A stretch of DNA of 64,000 nucleotides from Verrucomicrobiales bacterium (GCA_041688355.1 JBDNIL010000161.1:2220-66219); one strand, 5' to 3'. Shown: positions 37,124 through 46,200, numbered from the stretch's first letter. A program made the numbers and translations. The notes: generated by a model from the letters alone, not told the origin.

Positions 37124-37183
37124 ACGGAGCTTCCGGGGAGATCAATACGGTCCGGCGACAATATCATTGCCGCCACGCATTTT

Positions 37184-40100
37184 CTATTCAAAGCCCCGCA
37201 TTGCTCCCTTTCCGCCGCCCTCGAACCACTCCGGCTCGGGCCAGGCGTAGGGACGGAAGAGTTCGGCCGTGCCGCTAGGTTCGTCGTAGTAGAGCGCCCG
37301 GTTCAGCCCGAGATCCGACGCCTTGCCCGTATCGATGAGACTGGCCGAGTCGGCCGCGCTCATTTGAAAGAGAACCTTTTTCTCAAACTCCCCGGCCGCC
37401 TTCCTTCCGAGATTACGCGCCACGTTGTTGTAGGAATCGAGGGAAACAATGACGTGATAGCCCCAGCCCGGTCCTTCACAGATCAGCTCGTGGAGGGAAT
37501 CCGACGGTTTCGCCTCGGACGCCGCCTCGAGGGAAAAGCTGTAGTCGTCTTCGTAGCGCAGCTTTTTGTAGCGATGCAGATTCGGGATGAATAGCAGCGT
37601 GCTCCGCCCCGGACCGGGAGTCTCTCCCTCGGCGACCGCTTTCATCTCCGCCGCGAGATCGTTCAGGACCGCGCCCATCCCGTGCACGCCGGAACACTCG
37701 ACTCCGCCCACCGCGGCGATGGCCCGGCGGTAGTGCGAAGCCGCGTCATCCTCCGCGCAGCGGCTGTCGAGCAGGACGAGGCGCACGGCCTCGCCGAACT
37801 GCCCCCGCAGCAGCCGCAGCCCGATCACGACGAAGGCATCCACGACGTCCTCACGCTGACCGACGATGAGTAGATTGCTCCCGCTCTGGCGGGGAAAGCT
37901 CACCTCGGTCGGTCCTTTGATGGCATTGGGAGCGCCGAGGAAAAAGCGCGGTGGTTCGGAGCGCGAGGCGACCGGTGCGCCCCCGAGGACACGATTGACG
38001 TAGGCATCGTCCGCCACACTGGCCGGGGCATTGCCCTCGAAGACGACCCGCCCGCGATCCGTCATCGACTGGCTCCGCGCCAGCGCGGCAACCCCGGCGA
38101 GCAGATCATCGCGCTCCGCTTCATTCATCCAGACGACTTGAAATGGCGAGTTCGCCTCAATCGCCCCGGCGCGATCATTGTAGATCCCCTCGCCCGGGCG
38201 GGTCAGAAGACGCGGCGCGGGATTCGAATCATCCATGATCAGATAAGCGTCCGCCTCGTTGCAGGCCAGCGCGATCCGCACCGTCATCTGCCCCAGCGTC
38301 GCACGAGCGAGAGTGAAGGCACCCCCGAGCGTCTGCGATCCTAACACGGCATGAATCCCGAAGGCCCGGCCCTGGCGCACGATACGGTCCAGCAACACCG
38401 CTGCCTGTTGCGAGATCTGGTCGTCTTCGGTGAAAAATTCCTGAAACTCGTCGATCAGCAGCAGGGTGCGCGGCATCGACGGGGCTCCCGGACGACTGCG
38501 ATAGCCCGCGAGATCCTGGACGCCCGCAGCGCGGAAAAGCTCGCCGCGATTTTTCAATTCCTCGTCGAGCCGCATCAGGACACTGAGCCCGAACTCCCGA
38601 TCGCTCTCGATCGCGATGACGCGGGCGTGCGGCAGATGATGATCCGCGTAGCACTTGAACTCGACGCCCTTTTTGAAATCGATCAGGTAAAACTCCACCT
38701 CGTCCGGATCGCACCAGAGCGCGAGATTCGTGATGATGATGTGGAAGAGCGTCGATTTACCCGAACCTGTTTTCCCCGCGATGAGCGCGTGCTGGCAGGT
38801 TCCCTTGCCGAGAGAAAGGTATTGCAGCTTCGTCGCGCCACTGCGACCGATCGGGACTCGCAGTTCGCCGGCAGTGTCGACGCTCCAGCGCTCGTCTTCC
38901 TTCGGCGCGATGTGGGAGAATGGCACCTCGATGCGGTTCGAGTCGCGGTTCGCCGCTCCGAGACGATGCACCCAGCGCACAAATACCTCGGCCGGTGGTG
39001 GCGCGAGGAGAGACAGCGCGGTGCCCTTGACCGGATTCTCCCGGACGGAAAAACCCTCCTCTCCCGACCGCAGGCAGAAGCAGGCGTGGCGGAGATCCTC
39101 CATCGCAAAACCCTGCGGCAGCTCGGCACGTTCGTCGCGGTGAATGAAGAGAAAAACGCCGCACCTCGCCCCCGACGCAGCGATGCTCAGGAGCCGTCGC
39201 GCCGCCAGCTCGGTGAAACCTTTCGGGAAATCCGCCACGACAAGGAAGTGGTAGCGCTCCGCGATCGTCCCTGCCGCCTCGTTGTATTGCGTGATCGTCT
39301 CATAGTCATTCCGCAGATACATCTGGATCACTTTTTCCATGTGATCGCAGAGTTCCCCGAGACGACGCTCGATCTGCTCGGGCTGGGTGCGGATACGGGT
39401 GTTGATGAGAATCTCCTCGTAGTCCGCCAGATGCATCAGCCCGGCAAAACTCTCCCCGAGACCGACCGGATCGACAAGGGAAAACGAGAGTCGACCCGCC
39501 GGCGATCCCGCGAGCCAGGCGAGGACGAGGTAGTTCAGATGGGCGATCGCCTCGTCGCGGCCTTTCTGCTTTGTCTCGATCAAGAGCGAGGCCGCGTGCG
39601 GGATTTTAAGCCTGAGCGGGAGATGAAAATCGATCTCGCCCGGCAGGGCAAGTTGCTGTGACTTCGGACGCACCGTCGCTTCCTCTCCGCCTTTCCACGA
39701 GAGCGATCCGAACCGGCGGGTCGACGCCACCGTCGTGGGAGCGGTCCATTGATCCGGCGACTCGCCGGTCAGCCCGGGGTCGGTCAGCTCGCTCGCCGAC
39801 TCGGCCCTGAGTCGCTCCACTGCCGGGACGATTTCCGCAGACCACTGCCGGACCAACGCTTTGAACTGCTCGCCGAGATCACTCTGCGCCACACCCGCAT
39901 CTCCGCCTCCTGCCGCTGCGGCAAGGCGTTTGTCACGAGCCGCCTCGAGGACCCCGATCCGATCCGCGAGTCGCTGATTGCACTGATCGACCCGGGCCGA
40001 CTGCAGTTCCCCGAGCCGCTTCTTCAGAAGCTCGGCACGTTTCTCGACCTCTTCCGGACTCGCGTAGCGAGAGGGCCCGCGCCCCCCGCCCGGCCCCTTT

Positions 40101-41065
40101 TTCAGCCCGTGCTTGAACTCCGCTTTGACCCGCGCGTAATCGACCTCGATCTCGTCGACCGCGACGCGATAAGAAATCTCGACCTCCTCGCGGTGACGCA
40201 GACGCATCCCCTTCGCCTCGGCGAGTGACTCGAGATTGTCTTCGAGATAGCGCCCCGCCGCCTTCCGCGCCACTGACCAGAGGATCACTATCATTACAAG
40301 AATGCCAACACCTGCCGCAATGCTCACCGCCCACGACACCTGCATCCCGAAAGACGGCATTACCAGCGGAGCCGTCCCCGCCGCCCCGAGGACGAGAAAG
40401 AGCTGCAAGATGAGCGGGAACCCGCTGAACCACGCCACCAATGGCGAGCGGCCCAGCTCTCGGGTGGCCTGTGAGAGGGTTTCGTGACGGGCATTGGGGT
40501 CCACCTCGGTGATGCTGACACGGACCGGCGTCTCCACCTCCTTTAGTGCGAAAAGGAGCCGCCGCGACAAACTCGCAAAACCCCGCAGCGCCGCCGCCGC
40601 CGCCTTTTCCAGCTTCACGTGCTTTGTGTGGATCTTCTTCGAGATCGCCTCACCCTCTTCGTAAGCGCTCGTCACCTCCGCGAGCCGTTGCTCACGCGCC
40701 CTCCCCGCGTTCATGAAATCCCGCTGTAGCTCGCCGCGGTGCTGGCCCTCGGTCGCCTGGATCCCCGCGATGACCGCCTGACGCACCCCGATCTGCGCCT
40801 TTTCAAGGCGGGCCCGGCGGGTACGACCGACTCTCGAGATAGCGTCACAGGACTGGACGGCCGCCTCGCGGAGACGGGCCACGGCGGCGCGATGTTCGCG
40901 CTCGATCTCGGCACGCTCTTCCGCGATCGTCTGGCGCAGGCTCGAGTCCCGCAACTGACCGGCGCGGTCGAGTCCCTTTTCGCGCTCAGCAAAAGATCGC
41001 ACCCCGCCCGAGAGTTGCCCGAGGAGCGCCACTGTTTCCGGAGCAGAGAGATTTTCAGATTTCAC
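37184..41065 (-). CDS. Membrane FtsK/SpoIIIE-family ATPase, EssC/EccC-like (three P-loop modules, only the central one canonical)
   Basis: Walker A AGKTGSGKST (38750-38776). Walker B LLLIDEFQEF (38435-38464). FYLIDFKKGVEF block. Two TM helices at about aa 209-265. Coiled-coil N-terminus. Flanking degenerate modules at about aa 480-650 and 1040-1260. GTG start at 41065 overlaps the upstream gene by 11 nt. Confidence 0.85.
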   Translation of the reverse strand: MKSENLSAPETVALLGQLSGGVRSFAEREKGLDRAGQLRDSSLRQTIAEERAEIEREHRAAVARLREAAVQSCDAISRVGRTRRARLEKAQIGVRQAVIAGIQATEGQHRGELQRDFMNAGRAREQRLAEVTSAYEEGEAISKKIHTKHVKLEKAAAAALRGFASLSRRLLFALKEVETPVRVSITEVDPNARHETLSQATRELGRSPLVAWFSGFPLILQLFLVLGAAGTAPLVMPSFGMQVSWAVSIAAGVGILVMIVILWSVARKAAGRYLEDNLESLAEAKGMRLRHREEVEISYRVAVDEIEVDYARVKAEFKHGLKKGPGGGRGPSRYASPEEVEKRAELLKKRLGELQSARVDQCNQRLADRIGVLEAARDKRLAAAAGGGDAGVAQSDLGEQFKALVRQWSAEIVPAVERLRAESASELTDPGLTGESPDQWTAPTTVASTRRFGSLSWKGGEEATVRPKSQQLALPGEIDFHLPLRLKIPHAASLLIETKQKGRDEAIAHLNYLVLAWLAGSPAGRLSFSLVDPVGLGESFAGLMHLADYEEILINTRIRTQPEQIERRLGELCDHMEKVIQMYLRNDYETITQYNEAAGTIAERYHFLVVADFPKGFTELAARRLLSIAASGARCGVFLFIHRDERAELPQGFAMEDLRHACFCLRSGEEGFSVRENPVKGTALSLLAPPPAEVFVRWVHRLGAANRDSNRIEVPFSHIAPKEDERWSVDTAGELRVPIGRSGATKLQYLSLGKGTCQHALIAGKTGSGKSTLFHIIITNLALWCDPDEVEFYLIDFKKGVEFKCYADHHLPHARVIAIESDREFGLSVLMRLDEELKNRGELFRAAGVQDLAGYRSRPGAPSMPRTLLLIDEFQEFFTEDDQISQQAAVLLDRIVRQGRAFGIHAVLGSQTLGGAFTLARATLGQMTVRIALACNEADAYLIMDDSNPAPRLLTRPGEGIYNDRAGAIEANSPFQVVWMNEAERDDLLAGVAALARSQSMTDRGRVVFEGNAPASVADDAYVNRVLGGAPVASRSEPPRFFLGAPNAIKGPTEVSFPRQSGSNLLIVGQREDVVDAFVVIGLRLLRGQFGEAVRLVLLDSRCAEDDAASHYRRAIAAVGGVECSGVHGMGAVLNDLAAEMKAVAEGETPGPGRSTLLFIPNLHRYKKLRYEDDYSFSLEAASEAKPSDSLHELICEGPGWGYHVIVSLDSYNNVARNLGRKAAGEFEKKVLFQMSAADSASLIDTGKASDLGLNRALYYDEPSGTAELFRPYAWPEPEWFEGGGKGAMRGFE

Positions 41066-41270
41066 AGTCGTCCTTCAGTTTCTTCAACACCTTGTCGAGA
41101 TCATCGATCGCCGTCGCGGCGTGATTCACCGCAGCGAACATGGGCTGCATGTAGATGCTGTCAAATTCCCTTCCCTTCTGATCGCGCCACGAGTCCTGCG
41201 TCTCCTGCCAGATCCGGAGGAGGTCTCTCGAGAGCCCCACGAGGCGTCCTTTGCTGTGATTCAGACTCAT
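41055..41270 (-). CDS. Small WXG100-like helical protein (W-R-D variant)
   Basis: 71 aa. TQDSWRDQKGREFDSIYMQPM aligns with the turn region of the 90-aa paralogue two genes upstream in the operon (W, +8 Phe, +12 aromatic). Confidence 0.6.
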   Translation of the reverse strand: MSLNHSKGRLVGLSRDLLRIWQETQDSWRDQKGREFDSIYMQPMFAAVNHAATAIDDLDKVLKKLKDDCEI

Positions 41271-41278
41271 GAAAAAGT

Positions 41279-41749
41279 TTACGCGTCGTCCGAGTAGGCT
41301 CTCAACTGGCGTACCGACTCGGTCAGAAAAGTCACCGCCCTCGCCATCTCGATGTCGATCTGCTGGCGCAGCTTCTCGGCCTTACGCGCCTCGGTCTCGA
41401 CGACGGAGTCAAAGTTTCGCAACCAGCCTTTCACCGCGCGGATCTTCCCCTCGAGTTCATGGATCTCGCGGCGCTTTTTGTTGATCTGCATCTGCATGCC
41501 CGTCTTTTTCTGGGCGAGATCGGAGAGGCGGGCCGTGAACATCTCCTGCTCGAGCTGCTCCATTTCGCGCTGCCGTCGTTTCATCTCGTGGGTCAGCTTC
41601 ATCGCCTGCTCAGTCTGGAGCCAGATGCGGGTGCGCTTCACTTCCTCGCTCACTTCGTCGAGGGCGAAGCCGGCCCGCTCCAGAAAGAGGACGAGGCTGG
41701 ACCGAAAACGCTCCAGCGCCTCAATGTTGGTGACATTTGCCTCGGACAC
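41279..41749 (-). CDS. Coiled-coil protein of unknown function within the T7SS-like operon
   Basis: 156 aa of heptad-rich sequence (EMKRRQREMEQLEQEMFTARLSDLAQKKTGMQMQINKKRREIHELEGKIRAVK). Gaps of 7-nt and 8-nt to its neighbours. Confidence 0.65.
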   Translation of the reverse strand: MSEANVTNIEALERFRSSLVLFLERAGFALDEVSEEVKRTRIWLQTEQAMKLTHEMKRRQREMEQLEQEMFTARLSDLAQKKTGMQMQINKKRREIHELEGKIRAVKGWLRNFDSVVETEARKAEKLRQQIDIEMARAVTFLTESVRQLRAYSDDA

Positions 41750-41756
41750 GGGAGGA

Positions 41757-42029
41757 TTAGCGCTGGTTCAAGTAGTCCTCAATGCGCTGGGCCTTGCGCA
41801 TGAGAAAGGGTGACTGCTGGCTCGAGCTCTCCATGAAGCGCCGCAGCACTTTCATCGTTTCCTGGAAATCCTGGGCAAATTTCGCGTGCTCGGCATCCTG
41901 CCACGTATCGCTCAGCCCCGCGAATCGGGCCTGCAGGGAGGAAAGCGAATTCTGCAGATCACCGTTAAAGCGCTTCAACTCCTCGGCAAACCGCCGCAAC
42001 TCGTTCGGGTCCACAATCGCCTTTGACAT
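41757..42029 (-). CDS. WXG100 (ESAT-6/EsxA)-like protein (W-Q-D variant)
   Basis: 90 aa. IVDPNELRRFAEELKRFNGDLQNSLSSLQARFAGLSDTWQDAEHAKFAQDFQETM follows the EsxA pattern (..I.v.PeElr ... W-x-G ... F..F) except for Asp in place of Gly. Confidence 0.7.
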   Translation of the reverse strand: MSKAIVDPNELRRFAEELKRFNGDLQNSLSSLQARFAGLSDTWQDAEHAKFAQDFQETMKVLRRFMESSSQQSPFLMRKAQRIEDYLNQR

Positions 42030-42154
42030 GAGCTGAGGGTATCAGGGCGCGCCGCGGATCACAAGGCGAATGTGAGGGAGGGTCGAGCCAACGACCACAA
42101 AATACGTGCAGCCTTTTCTGTCGAAACACCCGCCGCCCGACCGTTAGTAAAAGT

Positions 42155-42748
42155 ATGAACCCCCACGAATCTCCCTCGACCCGACTCATTCACTCTCTCA
42201 ATCGCCGGCTCGACGAACTCATCGTGCAGCTCAGTCTTGGCAAATCCGAAGCGGCCGAGCAGGTCGAAGCCACGAAAAAGAGTCTCCACGAAAAACTCGG
42301 CAAAGTGCGGTCAGCGATCATCCCCGGCGGCAGCAGCGAGGCCTTTGTCGCGAAGCTCGATCACCTCCGCGTCCAGCTCGCCCTCGGCAAAATGGAGACC
42401 CGCGATGCCTGCGCGGCCCAGCGGGAAAAAATCCATCACGCCCTCGACGACGCCCGCACCGGATTCCACCACTTCGAGGACCGCGTCCGCGAAGACCTCG
42501 ATGATTCCGCCTCCACCCTCGAACTCAAGCTCAACGCCCTCGCCCTCGATCTCGGCATCGGCGCTATTGTGGCCGAAGACGAGCTGAAAACGCGGAAGGA
42601 AGAACTCGCCGCCCGGGCCTCCCGCCTCGCCGGCAAACTAAAAGCCTCCGCCTCCGCCGTCGGTGAAGAAGCCGAGAACGTCGCCCGCGAGGCGCGCCTC
42701 GCTTATGAGGATATTCGCGACAATCTGAAGCACTTATTTCATTCTTAG
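42155..42748 (+). CDS. Helical-repeat hypothetical protein, divergent from the T7SS-like operon
   Basis: 197 aa with three internal repeats: LDELIVQLSLGKSEAAEQVE, LDHLRVQLALGKMETRDACA, LELKLNALALDLGIGAIVAE. Confidence 0.6.
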   Translation: MNPHESPSTRLIHSLNRRLDELIVQLSLGKSEAAEQVEATKKSLHEKLGKVRSAIIPGGSSEAFVAKLDHLRVQLALGKMETRDACAAQREKIHHALDDARTGFHHFEDRVREDLDDSASTLELKLNALALDLGIGAIVAEDELKTRKEELAARASRLAGKLKASASAVGEEAENVAREARLAYEDIRDNLKHLFHS

Positions 42749-42831
42749 CGAAGAGGGTCGGAGCAGGATGGTAGAGGCTAATGCAGAATGATTCTTCCTC
42801 CGCCCCCGGGAGGCAGGCAGGTGCTTCACCC

Positions 42832-42909
42832 GGTAGGGACGCACCGCCGGGACGTCCGCAGTGGTGCCTTTGCAGCGGTCGGCGGACGGTTCATCGAACC
42901 GTCCCTACC
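42832..42909. repeat. REP-like imperfect palindrome
   Basis: ggtagggacg (42832-42841) pairs with cgtccctacc (42900-42909). Additional inner complementarity involves cgtccgc. Confidence 0.5.
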
Positions 42910-42993
42910 TTGCCCCGCGTCCCCCGCGTTCACGCCAGATCTTGAAGTGGAGCAGGTCTTTACCTTCGAGCGGGAATCCTACACGATGCCCGC

Positions 42994-43284
42994 ATGATCG
43001 AACACACCGTCACCTTCCGCCTCAGGCACGGCCCCGGATCGCCCGAAGAGTCCGCCTTTCTCACCGAGGCCGCCGAACTCGCCGCCATCCCCGAAGTCGT
43101 GGAGTTCACGATTCGTCGCCAGACGAGCCCAAAACTCGATCACGCCTTCGGCATCTCCATCTGGTTCGCGAGCCGCGCCGACTACGAAGCCTACAACGCC
43201 CATCCCGACCACCTAGCCTTTCTCGAAAAACGCTGGTTTCCAGAGGTGGTGGCGTTTCAAGAGGCGGACTTTGAATCCCTCTGA
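42994..43284 (+). CDS. Dabb (stress-responsive A/B-barrel) domain protein
   Basis: 96 aa. MIEHTVTFRL...FGISIWFASRADYEAYNAHPDHLAF is typical of Dabb. Confidence 0.8.
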   Translation: MIEHTVTFRLRHGPGSPEESAFLTEAAELAAIPEVVEFTIRRQTSPKLDHAFGISIWFASRADYEAYNAHPDHLAFLEKRWFPEVVAFQEADFESL

Positions 43285-43293
43285 GACTCACCC

Positions 43294-46200
43294 ATGAATC
43301 GACTTCTCCTCCTCATCCTGTGCTTTGCCCTCATCGCCTCAACCTCGACCCGGGCAGAAACCCCGCTCGAAGCCGGAGCCGCCACCGTCGACATCTCGCC
43401 GCAGAAACTCCCCGCGATCCGCAACGGAGGTTTTCTCCAAGCCATCGCCGACCGGGTCGATGATCCGCTCCACGCGCGGGCTCTCGTGCTGCGATCGGGG
43501 GACACTACCGTCGCGATTTGTGTCGTCGATTCCTGCATGCTGCCCACCGATGTCTGCGACGCGATCAAAGCGACGGTCACTGCGGCGATAGGGCTGCGGG
43601 CGGATCATATCCTCATCTCCTCGACGCACACCCACTCCGCCCCGGGGGCAATGGCGCTGTGTCTCGGGACACGCAAAGACGAGGCCTACACCGCGCAGAT
43701 GATCCCGCAGGTCGCCGAGGCGATCACCAAAGCCCATGCCGCCCTCACTCCCGCGAAGGCGGGTTGGGTGCAGGTCGATGCCCATGCCTTCACGAACTGC
43801 CGCCGCTGGATCCGGCGGCCTGACAAAATGCTAACCGATCCCTTCGGTGAGGTCAGTGTCCGCGCGATGATGCATCCCGGTTATGAAAGCCCCGACGTCG
43901 TGGGCCCCTCCGGTCCGACCGATCCGCAGCTCTCGCTCCTCAGCCTCGTCCGCGCCAACGATGAAAAACCCATCGCAATGATGGCCAACTATTCGATGCA
44001 CTACTTCGGAGCCGCCGCCGGATTTTCCGCCGACTACTTCGGCGAGCTCGCCGGCATGATCGAGAATGCCCTCGGCAATGACGCCGTCGGTCTCGTCTCT
44101 CAGGGCACGAGCGGCGACCTCCACTACATGGACTACAGCCGGGCAAAAGACGCCGATCTCACCCGCACCAAATACGCCGCCGGGCTCGCCGAAATCGCGC
44201 TGAAAGCACGAGCTGACATCACCCACCGCGCCGATCTCCCACTCGCCATGGCCGAAACAAAACTTCCCCTCGGGCGACGCCTTCCCTCCGCCGAACGTCT
44301 CGCCTGGGCCACGCCTCTCAATGCAACCCGGGCCGGAGCCATCCCCAAAAGCAAGGAGGAGGTCTATGCTGAGCAGGCCGAGTGGATCCATGCGAATCCG
44401 CAGACCGAACTCATCCTCCAAGCCCTGCGCCTTGGCGATCTCGCCATCACCGCCCTGCCGAACGAGGTCTACGGCATCACCGGCTTGAAGCTTAAAGCTC
44501 AGAGCCCCCTGCCCGCCACTTTCAACATCGAACTCGCCAACGGAGCCGAGGGCTATATTCCGCCGCCCGAGCAGCACCACCTCGGCGGCTACACGACCTG
44601 GCCCGCCCGCACCGCAGGTCTCGAGGAAAGCGCCGAGCCGCGAATCGTGGAAAATATTATCGTTTTGTTAGAGAAGGTCAGCGGGAAGTCCCGTCGTCCC
44701 CTCCACGACGGGGACGGCCCCTATCGCCGCGCCATCCTCGCCGATGAACCGATCGCCTACTGGCCGCTCAACGACCTCTCCGGTCCGCAGCCCCGCGAAG
44801 CGACCGGCAGGACATCGGCCACCTGGGAAGACGGTGTTGCCTACGGTCTGCCCGGAGTGCAGGGCAGCGGCGGTGCGATCTCGGCGGAACCGGAAAAGGC
44901 CAATCCTTTCACCGACGCCGGCATCAACCGCTCCGCTCACGTCGCCGGAGCGCGTCTCCGGACCACCCTACCGGACTTCTCCCGCACCTACAGCGCGGAA
45001 CTCTGGTTCTGGAACGGTCTCCCCGACGACGCCCGCCCCGTCACTGGTTACCTTTTTTCCCGGGGCAAAGACGGCGACAAAAGCGCCCTCGGCGATCATC
45101 TCGGGATCGGCGGTAATCATCCCGACGTGCCGGCGGGTCGTCTCTTTTTCTTCACCGGCAACGAGGTCGGTCGCGTCGTCCCGGGGGAAACGCGCCTGAG
45201 TTTCCGTGACTGGCATCATGTCGTGCTCGTCCGAGAAGAGGACAAAGTGACGGTCTACCTCGACGGGAAGAAAGAGATCGTGGCGGAGGCACCCTGGACG
45301 ATTCCCGCGAGCGATGGCGAGATCTTCCTCGGCGGCCGCAGCGACGGTTTATTCGGGCTCGAAGGCAAGCTGGATGAGGTAGCACTTTATCCCGTTGCCC
45401 TGACCGGAGAACAGGTCGCCGCGCATTTTGCGGCGGCGGAGCGCGTCGCGACAGAACCCAAACCCGACTCTGAAGCCCGCGCGCCAGAGTTCAGTCTTCA
45501 GGCTCTCCATCTTCCCGACGGATTCGAAGCCCGCATCGTCGCGGCGGAACCGCTCGTGCTCGATCCGGTTGCTTTTGACTGGGACACAAAGGGCCGTCTC
45601 TGGGTCGTGGAGATGGCCGACTACCCGCTCGGACTCGACAACGCCGGCGCCCGCGGCGGCCGCCTTCGCGTACTTGATGATCGCGATCGCGACGGCACCT
45701 ACGATCACAGCACCCTCTTCGCCGATGGCCTGAATTTTCCCAATGGTCTCATCACCTGGCGAACTGGGGTCATCATCACGGCCGCGCCCGACATCCTTTA
45801 CCTTGAAGACACCGACGGTGACGGCAAAGCCGACAAGACCGAGGTCCTCTACTCCGGCCTCAGCGAAGGCAACGAACAACTCCGCGCCAACGGCCTGCGC
45901 TGGGGGCTCGACAACTGGATCCATGTCGCCGCCGGCGGTCACCACGGCAAGCACGGGGCGGACACGAAGCTGCGCTCGACCCGGACCGGCACCGAGACCC
46001 TCGTCGGGAGTCGCGACTTCCGCATTCGTCCCGATACCGGGGAGATCGAAGCGCAGAGCGGACCGACCCAGTTCGGGCGCAACCGCGACAATTGGGGGCA
46101 CTGGTTCGGCACACAGAACTCACATCCGCTCTGGCACTACGTGTTGCCCGATCAATATCTGAAACGCAACCCGCACTTCGCCGCGCCCGAGGGCCGCGTC

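Noticed and set aside
42095-42113. Sigma-54-like element upstream of the T7SS-like operon (minus strand GGCTGCACGTATTTTGTGG).
   Set aside because: The invariant -24 GG is missing (CTGCAC instead of TGGCAC) and the -12 element is TTGT, not TTGC. A weak sigma-70-like TTCGAC/TATTTT pair is equally possible. No call made.
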